Source: the human T2T-CHM13v2.0 reference genome, Homo sapiens
DNA: 64,000 bases
Assembly: GCF_009914755.1 (NCBI RefSeq)
Contig: NC_060939.1
Reading direction: 5' to 3' (one strand)
In this document: positions 22,655 through 38,518 of the stretch, piece by piece
Position numbering within the stretch: the first letter of the stretch is position 1
Layout of the letters: every line of letters begins with the position of its first letter
Translations under genes and position numbers: made by a program
Notes under the pieces: generated by a model
Seen by the model: the letters and a program-made list of their open reading frames with translations, nothing else
Databases searched by the model: none
Told to the model about the DNA's origin: nothing

Positions 22655-22688
<34 letters not shown>

Positions 22689-22690
22689 TA
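22329..22690 (+). mobile_element. AluS with a G-rich insert in the right arm and an A/(TA)n tail
   Basis: Alu consensus interrupted at ~22539-22577. Confidence 0.85.
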
Positions 22691-23101
22691 AACACATAAA
22701 CACACACACCTCCAATAACTCTTAAAACACAATAATAAGGAAATGAATAACCCAATTAATATGGGCCAAGTGGGAAATCTAAACAGACATCCCACCAAAG
22801 AAGATATACAGACAACAAATAACTAAATGAAGATACTCAAAATCATATTTGTTAGGGAACTGAAAATCAAAACCATGGTGAGATAGTACTATATGCCTAT
22901 TAGAATGGCAAAATTCTGAAACAATGACAAAACCAAATGCTAGTAAGAATGTGGAATTACAGGAACTCTCATTCATTGCTGGTGGGGATGCAAAATAGTA
23001 CAACCACTTTTCAAGACAGTTTGGCAGTTCTTACAAAACTAAACATACTTTTGCCATATAATCTACCAACCATGCTCACTGGTATTTACCCAAATGAGCT
23101 A

Positions 23102-23572
<471 letters not shown>

Positions 23573-26500
23573 ACTTTAAAAACCTGCACATGGATGTTTA
23601 CGGTAGCTTTATTTATGATTGTCAGAAATTGAAAGCCACCAAGATGTCCTTCAAAAGGTGAATAAACAAACCCTAGTATCCATACAATAGAATATATTTC
23701 AGCAATAAAGACAAACGAGCTATCGAACCATGAAAAAATACAGAGGAATCTTAAATATACATTGCTAAGTAAATCCAAAAAGCCTATGTACTGTATGATT
23801 CCAACTACATGACATTCTGGAAAAGGCAAAACTATGGCGACAGCAAGAAGACAGTGGTTGAAAAGCGTTGTGGGAGGTGAAAGGATGAAAAGGTAAAAGC
23901 ATGAGATTTTTAAGGCAGTGAAACTATTCTCTATGATACTGTAACGGTACAGACATGTCATTATACATCTGTCAAAACCCACAGGATGTAGGACACAGAG
24001 AGTGAACCCTAAACTACAGACCACAAATAGTAACGATGGATTAATATGGCTCATCAACTGTAACAAATGGACCTCACTTAACCAAGATGCTAAACAATAG
24101 GGGAAACTGTGGGGGCAGGAGGAGGAGCAAGGTGATATCCGGAAACTCCGTATTTTCTGCTGCATTTCACTGTAAACCTAAAACTGCTTTAAAAAATAGA
24201 CCCTATTAAAAATAAAAGAAAATTTAAAATTTTAAAAATAAAGTATATTAATTAAAATAATTTTTAGTTGCTTACAAAGTCATCAACCTGCATACTATAA
24301 AATTTTGGCATTTTATTGTAAATTAAAACTTAATTTTTTAAAATGTAATACTCAACAGTCTCTTAGGCCTTCTATCTGAAGATGAATATCGAAAAAAGGA
24401 TACAGTATAATATGCATGTGTTTTAAAAATGCAAGGTGACATATGGTCTACAAGTGCATATGCATATATATAAGTAAATGCACAAATAAATATATGAAAA
24501 CACATATACCAAACTGGAAAGAGCACCACTAGGAAACGAACACTATGGAAAACCAACACTACTGTGAAGGGAATGAAAGGAAAAGATGGGGGATGTGGAG
24601 TGTGTCCTAATCCATATGTCTTGATCTCTCTTAAGAGGATCTACATTAATGTTTCCAATTCGCTATTATTAGGTTTTATACTACATTTAAAATGTAGGCT
24701 TCAGAATCTGAAGAGGAATTTCAAAATGTTTTATAAATCTTTAAGACTAAACAGCCTCAGCATAAACTAACATTGGAGACAGATTTTTACCTGTAAGTAT
24801 TTCTGCACCTGTATTTAAAAGTATAAAAAAGTATTTAAAAGTTTAAAAAAGCATTTTTACCTGTAAGTATTTAAAAGGAATTTTAAATCACTCAATAGTG
24901 ATTGATCAGGCAAGGAACAAGTATTATCTGCTGATTCTTAGTTTGTCTGTAATGCCATCCCTACAAAGACTGTATTTCCATTGCACCCTCCTTTTATTAC
25001 TCGGCTGATTATACCCTAAAACACATACACACTCCTCCCTGGTGTAGATGCTGACAGCTTAATTCACATTATATAATTCATATAATAGTGAAGTTGTAAT
25101 ACAGAATGCAACAGTATCCATTATATCAGAATAAGGAAGAAAACTGGTCTGAGATGTGCTATTATGATATAAAATCAACTAACAACGTACCAATCAATAA
25201 ACTAACCATGCTTCTCTTTTTTTTTTTTTTTTTTGGTAAATGTGGGTATTTTAATTTTCCTTGATAAGGACAAATATGGCCATGAGAAGTTTCTCTGGGA
25301 GTTTCATCATCTGCCATTTACAGAGAGTGGGAAGTTATGCAGCAATTAGCCTAGGAGAGAAGTGTCCACCAACCTATGAAGACAGTCTCCACAGCTCAAG
25401 GAGACAGTAAGAGCCAGAAAGCGTTAATACCAGTCACCCCAAAAATGCAAAGATCCTCCCAGTAAGCTACTTAAAAAATGTAAAAAGTGAGGTCTAAATT
25501 GTGAAATTATACTTTTTGGGTTTTTTTTTTACTTTTAAGTTCAAGGGTACATGTGCAGGTTTCTTATAAAGGTTAACTCACATCACAGGGGTCTGCCGTA
25601 CAGATTATTTCATCACCCAGGTATTAAGCCTAGTACCCATTGGTTATTTTTCCTGATTCTCTCTCTGCTCCCACCCTCCACCTCATCAATTAGCTTCCAC
25701 TTATGAGTAAGAACATGTGGTATTTGGTTTTCTGTTCCCATATTAGTTTACTATGAATAATGGCCTCCAGCTTCATCCATGTTCCTGCAAAGAAAATGAT
25801 CTTGTTCTTTTTGATGGCTACACAGTATTCCATGGTGTATATATACACCACATTTTCTTTACCGGTCTACCACTGATGGGCATTTAGGTTGATTCCACGT
25901 CCTTGTTATCATAAATAGTGCTGCAGTGAACAAACACACATGTGTACATGTCTTTAGGATAGAATGATTTATATTACTTTGGGTATACACCCAGTAATGA
26001 GATTGCTGGGTTGAATGGTAGTTCTTTTTAGGTCACTGAGGAATCACCACACTGCTCTCTACAATGGTTGAACTAATTTACACTCCCACCAACTCTGTAT
26101 ATGTGTTCCTTTTTCTCTGCAACCCCGCTAGCATCTGTTATTTTTGACTTTTTAATAATAGTCATTCTGACTGGTGCGAGGTGGCATCTCATTGTGGTCT
26201 GATTCACATTTCTCTAATTATCAGTGATGTTGAGTGTTTTTCCACATGCTTGTTGGCCACAGGTATGTCTTCATTTGAAAAGTGTGTGTTCATGTCCTTT
26301 ACCCACTTTTTAGCGGGTTTTCTTCTTGTAAATTTAAATTCTTTATAGGTGCTAGATATTAGATCTTTGTCAGATGCAGTTTCCAAAACTTTTCTTCCAT
26401 TCTGTAGACTGTCTGTTTACTCTGTTAATAGTTTCTTTTGCTGTGCAGAAGCTCTTTAGTCACTCTAAGCTCTTTGTCAATTTTTGCTTTTGCAATTGCT

Positions 26501-29500
26501 TTTGGTGTCTTCGTCATAAAATCTTTGCCCATTCCTGAGTCCAGAATGGTAGTGCCTAGGTTGTCTTCCATGGTTTTTACAGTTTTAGGTTTTAAATTAG
26601 AGACTTTAATCCATCTTGAGTTAATTTTTGTACACGGTGAAAGGAAGGCATCGTTTCAATCTTCTTCATACAGCTAGCCAGTTATCCCAGCACCATTTAT
26701 TGAGGAGGGAGTCCTTTGCCCATTGCTTGTTTTTGTCAGCTTTGTTGAAGGTCAGATGGTTGTAGGTGTGCCTTATTTCTGAGCTCTCCATTCCATTGGT
26801 CTATATGTCTATTTTTGTCCCAGTACCATGCTGTTTTGTTTCCGGTAGCCCTTTGTAGTACAGTTTGAAGTCTGGTAGATGCCTCCAACTTTGTTGTTTT
26901 TGCTTAGGATTGCCTTGACTATTTGGGCTCTTTTTTGGTTCCATATCAATTTTTAAATATTTTTTTCTAGATCTATGAAGAATGTCATTGGTAGTTTGAT
27001 AGGAATAGCACTGAATCGATAAACTGCTTTGTGTAGTATGGCCATTTTAACAAACTGATTCTTCCTATGAATGTGGAATGTTTTTCTATTAGTTTGTGTC
27101 ATCTCTGATTTCTTTCAGCAGTGTTTTCTAGTTCTCCTTGTAGATATCTTTCCCCTCCCTGGTTAGCTGTATTCCTAGGTATTTTATTCCTTTTGTGATG
27201 ATTGTGAATGGGATTTGTGTTCCTAATTTGGTTCTTGGCTTCTTGACTGTTGGTGTATTGGAATGCTAGTGATTTCTGTATGTTGGTTTTATATCCCGAG
27301 ACTTTGCTGATGTCATCAGCTTAAGCAGCTTTTGGGCTGAGATTATGAGGTTTTCTAAATATAGTCATGTCATCTGCCAAGGACATGGACAGGGACATGG
27401 ACAGGGATAGTTTGACTTCCTCTCTTCCTATTTAAATGCCCTTTATTTCTTTCCCTTGCCTGATTCCTCTGGCCAGGACTTCCAATACTATGTTGAATTA
27501 GGCAGTGATGGAGGGCATTCTTGTCTTGTGCCAGATTAAGACAAATGTTTCCAGTTTTGGCCCATGCAGTATGATGTTGGCTGTGGGTCTGTCTTATTAT
27601 TTTGAGGTATATTCCTTCAATACCTCGTTTATTGAGAGTTTTTAACACGAAAGGCTGTTGAATTTTATCAAAATTCTTTTCTGCATCTATTGATATAATC
27701 ATGTGGTTTTTTTAGTTGTTTATGTGACGAATCACATTTACTGATTTGCATATGTTGAACCAACCTTGTATCCCAGTGATAAAAGCCTACTAGATCATGG
27801 TGGGTAAGTTTTTTGACATGCTGCTGAATTTGGTTTGCCAGTATCCTGTTGAGGATTTTTGCATTGATATTCATCAAGCATGCTGGCCTGCAATTTTTTT
27901 TGTTGTGTCTCTGCTAGGTTTTGATATCAGGATGATACTGGCCTCACAGAATGAGTTAAGGAGGGGTCCCTCCTCCTCAATTTTTGGGAATAGTTTCAGT
28001 AGGAATAGTACCAGCTCTTCTTTGTATATCTGGTAGAATTTGGCTTTGAATCCATCTGGTCCTGGGCTTTTTTGCTCGATGGGCTATTTATTACTGATTC
28101 AACTTCAAAACTCATTACTGACCTGTTCAGAGATCCAATTTCTTCCTGGTTGAGTCTTAGGAAGGTGTACGTATCTAGGAATTTATACATTTCTTCTAGA
28201 TTTTCTAGTTTCTGTACACAGAGGTGTTCATAACAGTCTGATGATTATTCCTATTTCTGTGAGGTCAGTGGTAATAGCCCTTTTGTTGTTTCTAATTGTG
28301 TTTATTTGGACCTTCTCCATTTTCTTATTAGTTTAGCAAGCAATCTATTAATTTTTTCAAAAAACCAAATCCTAAATTCACTGATGTTTTGAATGGTTTT
28401 TCGTGTCTCAATCTCCTGCCATTCAGCTTTGATTTTGGTTATTTCTTGTATTCTGCAAGTTTGGGGGTTGGTTTGCTCTTGGTTTTCTAGTTCTTTTAGT
28501 TGTGATATTAGGTTGTTAAATTGAGATCTTTTTAACTTTTTCATGTGCACACTTAGTGCTGTAAGTTTTCCTCTTTACACTGCATTAGCTGTGTTCCAGA
28601 GATTCTGGTATATTTTATCTTTGGTCTCATTAGTTTCAAAGAACTTGGTTTTTGCCTTAATTTCATGGTTTACCCAAAAGTCAGAAGAAGGTTGTTTAAT
28701 TTCCATGTAATTGTATGGTTTTGAGCAATTTTCTTAGATGTGACTTCTAATTTTATTGCACTGTGGCCCAAGAGAGTGGTTGTTACGACTTCAGTTCTTT
28801 TGCATTTGCAGAGAAACATGTCGAATTGTGTGGTCAATTTCAGAGTATGTGCCATGTGGTGATGAGAAGAATGTATATTCTGTTGTTTTGGGGTAGAGAG
28901 TTCTGTAGATGTCTATTAGGTCCATCTGATCCAGTGCTGAGTTCAGGTCCTGAATATCTGTTAATTTTCTGCCTTGATGATCTTTCTAATACTGTCAGTG
29001 GGGTGTTAAGCTCTCCCACTATTATGGTGTAGAAGTCTACATCTCTTTGAAGGTCTCTGAGAACTTGCTTTATGAATCTGGGTGCTCCTGTGTTGGGTGC
29101 ATATATATTTAGGATAGTTAATTCTCTTGTTGAAATGAACCCTTTACCATCATGTAATGCCCTTCTTTGTCCTTCTTCATCTTTGTTGGTTTAAATTGTT
29201 TTGTTTGAAATTTGGATTGCAACCCTTGCTTTTTTGTTTTCCATTTATTTGCTTGGTAATTTTTCTCCATCCCTCTATTTTGAGCCCATGGGTGTCACTG
29301 CATAGGAGATGCACTACACACCTTAGTTTTTTTATCCAATTTCTCACTCTGTGCCTTTTAATTGGAGCATTTAGCCTGTTTACGTTCAAGGTTAGTATTG
29401 ATAAGTGTGGATTTGATACTGACATCATGATGTTACCTGGTTGTTATGCAGACTTGTGTGGCTGCTTTATAGTGTCACTGGTCTGAGTACTTCAGTGTGT

Positions 29501-30025
29501 TTGTGTAGTGGCTGCTAACAGTCTTTCCATACTTAGTGCTTCCTTCAGGAGCTCTTGTAAGACACGTCTGACGGTATCAAATTCCCTCAGCAATTACATG
29601 TTTGAAAAGGATCTTATTTTCCCTTTGCTATGAAGCTTAGTTTGGCTGGATAAGAAATTCTTGGTTGGAATTTTTCTTTAAGAATCTTGAATATTCACTC
29701 CCAGCCTCTTCTGGCTTGTAGAGTTTCTGCTGAGAGGTCCACCATTAGTCTGATGGGCTTCCCTTTGTAGTTCTCATGAATGAGATCCTGAAATATATTT
29801 TCCAAGTTGCTTCCATTCTCCCCAACTCTTTCAGGGACACCAATGAGTCGGGTGTCATAGATTTGGTCTCTACATAATCCCGTATTTCTTGGAGGTTTTG
29901 TTTGTTCATCTTCATTCTTTTATCCATATTCCTGCCTGATTGACTGTCTTATTTCAGAAAGCCAGTCTTCAAGCTCTGAGATTCTGTCCTCAGCTTGACC
30001 TATTCTGCTATTAATACCTGCAGCT

Positions 30026-30334
30026 GGCCGGGCGTGGTGGCTCACGCCTGTAGTCCCAGCACTTTGGGAGGCCAAGGTGGGTGAATCATGAAGTCAAGAG
30101 ATCGAGACCAGCCTGGCCAACATGGTAAAGCCCCGTCTCTACTAAAAATACAAAAATTAGCTGGGTGTGGTGGCACAGGCCTGTAGCCCCCGCTTTTCGG
30201 GAAGCTGAGGCAGGAGAATCGTTTCAACCCAGGAGGCGAATGTTGCAGTGAGCCAAGATTGAGCCACTGCACTCCAGCCTGGCGACAGAGTGAGAGAGTC
30301 TGTCTCAAAAAAAAAAAAAAGAAAAAATGAAAAA
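30026..30334 (+). mobile_element. AluSc/Sg-like inside L1 ORF1
   Basis: Full Alu; TSD CTGCAGCTG. Confidence 0.9.
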
Positions 30335-31656
30335 ATCTGCAGCTGCATTATGGAATTCTTGGAGCATGTTTTTCAGCTCATTCGGGTTGGTTACATTCTT
30401 TTCTATAATGGCTATTTCATCTGTCAGCTCCTGTATTATTTTATTGTGATTCTTAGCTTCCTTGGATTGGGTTTCAGTGCACTCCTGCATCTCTATGATC
30501 TTCGTTCCTATCCATTGTCTGAATTCTATTTCTGTCACTTCACCCATCTCAGCCTAGTTCAGAAACCTTGCTGGAAAGCCAGTGTGGTTGTCTGGAGAAA
30601 AGAAGGCACTCTGGCTTTTTAAGTTATCAGGATTCTTACGCTGGTTCTTTCTCAACTTTGCGGGCTGATGTTCCTTCAATCTTTGAAGATGCTGTCCTTC
30701 GAAATGGTTTTTTGTTTTTTTCCTTTCACCCTATTTGATGACCTTGAGGGTTTGATTGTGGTATATAAGGTGGGTTCAGTCAACTGGCTTCATTTCTGGA
30801 AGATTTTAGGTGGCCAAGGTTCAGCTCCTAACTCCCAGATTACATGCTCTAAATCTGGGGGACTGGTATTGGGACCCTATTTTGTTCTCTGGCTCCTCAA
30901 TGTTAGGAACCCACTGCACTGGGGGTAGGAGGGTGTCAAGGTGCCCCTGGACTACTTGTCACTACACTCCAGCGGGTGGTGCCAAAGAGTTTTGTAAGGC
31001 AGTGGCAGTGGGATCTACCCTCATTCCCATGTGCCAGTGGCAGCACAGAGGGGTGCACACTTGTCAGCTGTGGCAGTGTGCTAGCAGATGCCAGAGTGTC
31101 AGCCTCAGTGTGGGCGTTTGTAGCAGTGGTACAGGCAGCATGGCTTAAGCGGGCCCCACTGGCAACTATGCATGTGGTCACACTGGTGGTGGTGTTAGCC
31201 GGGTAGTGCTGGTAAGGGCAAATCTGTGTGCACCCTCTGTGCACATTTACACAGGTGGGGATGGCCACTCAGGGAGGGGGAGGGTTCATTGTTCTCTGTG
31301 CCTAGTTTCACTCCAGCAGCAATGTTGGCAAGGGGGTGGGGCACTGGCGGGGTGGGGCACTGGCAGGGCAGGGCTGAAAGGCTCTGTGCCTGCCAAGACT
31401 CTGACTGCAATTACAGTACAACCAGGGGAAGGGAGGCAGAGTGCACTCACACTGGCAGCAGTGGCACAGGGTAATGTGCACGTGCACACGTGCTGGCGAG
31501 GCGAGGGAAAGCAAGATCTGCCTGTGCACACACACCGGCAAAGTGATGTGTGTTGGGGGGGCCGGGGCAGTGGTCTGTGGGCAGGGAGGGGTTGGGGTGT
31601 AAGCTGCAATAGGGGAAGGGAGCAGGCAGGCAGGCTGGTGCATATCCACCGGGGCT

Positions 31657-32048
<392 letters not shown>

Positions 32049-32766
32049 TGATGCAGGTCCCCAGGGTACCCAAGGCTTCACTGCAAGCAGGCGCAACCAG
32101 GCTGGGTCCCCAGAAGAGGCCAGCAGACCAAAGCATGCTCAGGTTGATGGGCAAGACTGCCCTGCAGAGTTCAGGTCTGACTTTCTCTAGGGCTAAAGTC
32201 TCCTATGGGAGCAAGTCAAGCCTAGGGAGATGGGCATCCCTGGCCATGCTCCACTATAGACACTCCTGCACCAAACCCTCTGGGCTCTGCACTGACTGGA
32301 GTGCTGCCTCTACCACTTTTCAAGTGTGCTTGAGAATCAAGCAGCTCTCCCTGCCAACTCGAGTGTCCATGAAGTTTGAGGGATCTCCTCCTGCCAGGAT
32401 TCCAGAGGCCTGTGGTGAGAGCATACCGTTCCTTGCCAGTTCAACTCACCCGTTTCCCTGGAGTCACTGGGCACCAGGAACAAGTCCTGGTGCATAGTAG
32501 CCTTGTGCAGGGTTCCCAGGTTCCTCCCACTTCATCCCAACATCTGTGTCTTCCCTCTGTCTACTCTCAGTGCCTTCCCTCTGAAGATCTGTTAGGAGTG
32601 TGCCAGTTGTCCCAGTCCCTCAGTGGCAGCCATTCCACCTGGCTGTGTCTAGTCAGCCATCTTGCCCACCTTCCTCCTTTCTTTCTCATATTTTTTTTCC
32701 ACTATGCCTTTCTCCAGAGAAAATTTACCTTCTATTCTTTTCTGCTGTTTGGGTTTATACTACTGT

Positions 32767-33146
32767 CGTTATGTACTGAACTGTGCTGTTCTCCCAAAAT
32801 TTGTATGTTAAAGCCCCAATCTGCAATGTGAGTGTATTTGGAGACAGGACCTTTAAAGAAGTAATGAAGGTTAAATGAGGTCATAAGGAAAGGTCCTACT
32901 TCAATAGGATGGGTGTCCTTGTAAGAAGAGATGTCAGGGATGTGTGCACTACAAAAAAAGGTCATGGAAGGATACGGCAAACAGCAGCTACCAGCAAGCC
33001 AAAAAAAGAGGCTCCAGGAGAAACTAAACCTGACAACACCTTGATCTTGGACTTCTAGTCACCAGGAGTGTAGGAAAATAAATTTTTGTTTTTTAAGCCA
33101 CTCAATCTGTGGTATTTTGTTATGGCAGCCCCAGCAAATTAATACA
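32767..33146 (+). mobile_element. MLT1B-like MaLR solo LTR
   Basis: GTGTATTTGGAGACAGGACCTTTAAAGAAGTAATGAAGGTTAAATGAGGTCATAAGG...ACACCTTGATCTTGGACTTC...GGTATTTTGTTATGGCAGCCCCAGCAAATTAATACA. Confidence 0.8.
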
Positions 33147-34064
33147 ACTGTACAGCAGTCTTTGGCACACAATTATTAATATGTTCAACTTGATACTGTT
33201 TTATAATAAACTCTATAGAATACTAACTAGTTTTCTGTCATTGCCCAAAAAGTGCAATGCCCTCTGGGCCTACTGTCATAGGTCAATGCCTTCTGTGCCT
33301 ACTTTGCCTTTCTTTTTCCAATAGTGCTTCAAATATTCTATAGAGTTCCTTTCTCTTCCATCTCCTCTACTGTGATCATCTCTGATCTCTGCTCTTAGTA
33401 TTTACCATTGTCAGAGGTCTACTTTCCAACACATTATCAAATTTATAATCTAACACATTTGCCACTTACTACTGTGACATATACACCCTCACCTCCCTTG
33501 ACTCACTCCTTTAGCAGCTGCTTCATGTATACTTCTCAGCCTTGCTAATACTGACATTAGGCATTTAGAACCAACAACCAAAAAGAGCTCTACCAGTCAG
33601 TAAAAAATATATATATGTATATGCTAGTTTCTGCTGATTATCTTATTGCTCTTACCAGTAGTATTTTGTTCTGACTGACAGAGACGTTCCCTGAGTTTGG
33701 AAAACTCAAATGTTACTCCAGAACTTAAAAAAACTGCTCTTCAAATACTATCTAAATACAGTCCAGCTAACCCACCATCAACAAAATATATGCCAGGGTT
33801 GATTTTTCTACTTACATGTATGTCTATGCTCATTTATCCACAGTCATCCAGTCTCCCTTCTCTGGTCAATGATGTACACTTTTGCAGAATAAAACATTCC
33901 AAAGGCAAGAGTATGATCAGAAAACAGAGTATCCCTTATGAACTCAATCAAGAATAAATTCTGAAATCTTGTTCTCCCTGGAATGGGACACTGCACAACT
34001 AAGTTAACACTTCAAAATACTCATCAAATGTTGTCTTATTACCTCAAGAGTCAAAACAATGTAG

Positions 34065-34716
<652 letters not shown>

Positions 34717-35569
34717 CACCAACTTATCAACAGCAATGTTGTCATACCACTTACTAAAAAGTTCAAACTTAAAAGTTTCTCTGGGTTTTGGTCCTTTTTA
34801 AGAGGTGTCATATTCATTCTGTATCAAAAACTGTATTGTGCCAATGGCTTCGAGTGGGATATTAAACAATCTCACCTCTATTTTGTTAAGCTGTGAGATA
34901 ACAATGCTATATTAATAACTTATTAAGACTAAGTATACAGGAATTGAAATTACTTTTATGTAAAATAAAAGTGCAAGTTAATCACTATGTACTGCATGGT
35001 CATTAGAATTAGATAGGTAGCAAGTCATAAATTACTACTTATTAGCCCACTGGTAAAATTACAGCTGTTCTGAAGTTTTAGAGAAATCCTAAATATTCAA
35101 GTTTTCCAATGAACTGGAATTTCAGCTCTTTAAGCTTCTCTAAGCTTTAGAAGTTCTTCTTTTAATACTCTGGATTAATTATTTCTATAATATACTAACT
35201 TTATATCTTTTTAAACAAAGTATATTAAATATACCATGCATTTCTTAAAAATTTAGAATTGCATAACAAATGTTAATTTTGATATGATACAGTTAATATT
35301 TATTAGAAACTACTGATATAAACAAGGTTGGCTGTCCCTGTCAATATTCCCAGATTGCTTTATAGACAAGTGCTTCATCCTATCAGCCTAACAACCTATA
35401 AATGTCCCTGTTCTCATTTACTGTTTCTATACTACGTAACCTTAGAAACCAAATTCTTACTTAAATTACCTGAAATAAAACTAGCCCCTAAATAAAAGCC
35501 TAGGGGACTCTCATATAAGTATAGAAATGTTAAACATATTTTCATAATCTCCATTAACCATTTAAAGAC

Positions 35570-35795
35570 TCTGGGGTTTTTTGCAATATAATCTGAAAAT
35601 AAACATGGGCTTTGTAGTCAGTCACACAGTGAGGGGTTCAGATCCTACCATTACACTTACTAGCTGTGAAATCTTGGAAAGATAATAAACCACCTTCCCT
35701 AAATGTTTATATTCTTTTTTAAAAAAACTCCATCACCTAGTTCATCATTGCTGTGAGATTAAGTGTGATACTGTATATAAATAAACAATGATTGG
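35570..35795 (+). mobile_element. MIR
   Basis: TGGGCTTTGTAGTCAG...CACTTACTAGCTGTGAAATCTTGG...GTGAGATTAAGTG. Confidence 0.6.
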
Positions 35796-35796
35796 G

Positions 35797-36129
<333 letters not shown>

Positions 36130-36628
36130 TCAACTTTCATACCTATTTTAATCATTGATACAAATAGTTAATATAACAAATTTACTGAATTTTACAAACA
36201 AAATTCACCATTTCTTTTTCGTTTTTATTTCTTGATATCCATATGGGGTGTTAGCTTTCTATACCAAATAGCTTTTAACCACTTTATTCTTTTCTTGTTT
36301 TTCTTTTCTTTCTTTTCTTGTCCTCTGTGACTGAGACATTTCCACATGGCTAAAACAGTAGAAATCCTTAAGACTACAGTCATATATGGGAAAGAATACG
36401 CAAGCCTAACTGCTCACACTCCTAGATCATAAATAAGCTTCTGAAAGTCAAACTCTGCTATTTACTAGTAATACAACTTTACCTGAACTACTCTCTCTCT
36501 CTGAGCCTTAATTTCTTCATATTCAAAAAAGAATGGAGATATCCATCTCCAATAACATGGCCAATTACACAGAACACAACTACAACTAAGATTTTTAAAA
36601 CTAAATACATCAGAAAATATATATTCTT

Positions 36629-36930
36629 TTTTTCTTTTTTTTTTTTTGAGACAGAGTTTCACTCTCTTGCCCAGGATGGAGTGCAGTGGCGCGATCTCGG
36701 CTCACTGCAAGCTCCGCCTCCCAGGTTCACACCATTCTCCCTGCCTCAGCCTCCCGAGTAGCTGGGACTACAGGTGCCCGCCACCACGCCCAGCTAATTT
36801 TTTGTATTTTTTTAGTAGAGACGGGGTTTCACTGTGTTAGCCACGATGATCTCGATCTCCTGACCTTGTGATCCACCCACCTTGGCCTCCCAAAGTGCTG
36901 GGATTACAGGTGTTAGCCATCGCGCCCGGC
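36629..36930 (-). mobile_element. AluY-like
   Basis: GCAAGCTCCGCC, GTGTTAGCCACGATG; TSD AAAATATATATTCTT. Confidence 0.9.
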
Positions 36931-37292
36931 GAAAAATATATATTCTTAAAAGCCTCAAAGAGCTAATGTTAAAGAATTATAAGCCCAAAACATAAGATAG
37001 GGCAGGAATTCAGAGAGATAAGCAGAGCACTGAAGCCAGGTTAGCTACTGACAGAAGCCAAACTCAGGCTTTGGTTTTCATAGTCTCATAATGATAGAAG
37101 CCAAGCCCATGACCCAGCCTTAGTGGTGAGTCTGATAAGACACCCCTATACCATATGGCTGGAACCAGTAAAATGAACAAAAGTAAACCTGTCCTATTCT
37201 AACCTAATCCCCTAAGAACTTCAAAGAAAGCTGCTTTGGCACTGAGCAGAAAAGAATGATGGGAGAAAGGAGAGTTCCTGACAAGTTATTAA

Positions 37293-37770
37293 CAGGAAAC
37301 AGCAAACTTTTTCTGTAAAGGGCCAGAGGTATAAATATTTTAGGCCTTAGCTGAGTGTGGTGCCTGCCTGTAGTCCCAGCTACTCCGGAGGCTGAGGCAG
37401 CAGGATCCCTTGAGCCCAGGGGTTTAAGACTGCAGTAAGCTATGACTTCACCACTGCACGACCACTGCCCACCATCCTGGGCAACAGAGGGAGACTGTCT
37501 CTAAAAAATAAATAAATAAATAAATATTTTAGGCTTTGAAGGCAATATGATCTCTGTTGTAACCAATCAGCTCTGCTGTTGTAGCATGAAAACAGCCACA
37601 GACAATACATAAACCAGTGAGCATGGATGTATTCAATAAAGATTTATAGGCACTTAAGTTTGAATTTCATATGATTTTCATGTCACAAATTATTTTTTTC
37701 CAACCATTTAAAAATGTAAAAAAAACTCTACTAGCTTGCAGCCCAAACAAAACAGGTGGCACAAGCCAGT
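37293..37770 (+). mobile_element. MER58-like element interrupted by an Alu right monomer (~37349-37523)
   Basis: GCAAACTTTTTCTGTAAAGGGCCAG; TSD AAATATTTTAGGC around the Alu arm. Confidence 0.7.
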
Positions 37771-37824
37771 TTCCATTTACTTGTAACAACAAGACACACA
37801 CCACCACTTCAGCCACCACCTTAC

Positions 37825-37827
<3 letters not shown>

Positions 37828-37858
<31 letters not shown>
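37828..37858. repeat. (CA)n microsatellite
   Basis: About 15 AC units. Confidence 0.95.
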
Positions 37859-37860
<2 letters not shown>

Positions 37861-38160
37861 ATTTGAGGCTCTAATTCCCATCACCTAGATGAAGTAAAAA
37901 ACATCAGGCCATAAACATTTAGAAAATACATGTGCAAAACCCACCAAGTACTGTCCCAGGAAAAATTAACAAGAAAAAAAGCACCACAAATGAAAAGCAA
38001 GCAAGCAAAGAATACCAACACACATGCAAAAATTTCAGATATTAGAAAAGATCACATAGAGAATATAAAATAACTGCTTTCTAAAGTTTAAAGCAACAAA
38101 CAAGCTTGAAAGGGTCGTATATATGAGAGGGGAAAGAATCATTAAAAAATGACTTAGCAA

Positions 38161-38436
<276 letters not shown>

Positions 38437-38518
38437 AAAAATGACTTAGCAAATATAAAGAATTAAAATAATTTCTAAAATTGTAAAACACAAGGAACTG
38501 AAATTAAAAATCAAATCA

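Noticed and set aside
26204-30547. Reverse-transcriptase, endonuclease and ORF1 peptide fragments
   Set aside because: Frameshifted remnants of the dead L1; not a functional retroelement or a novel RT system.
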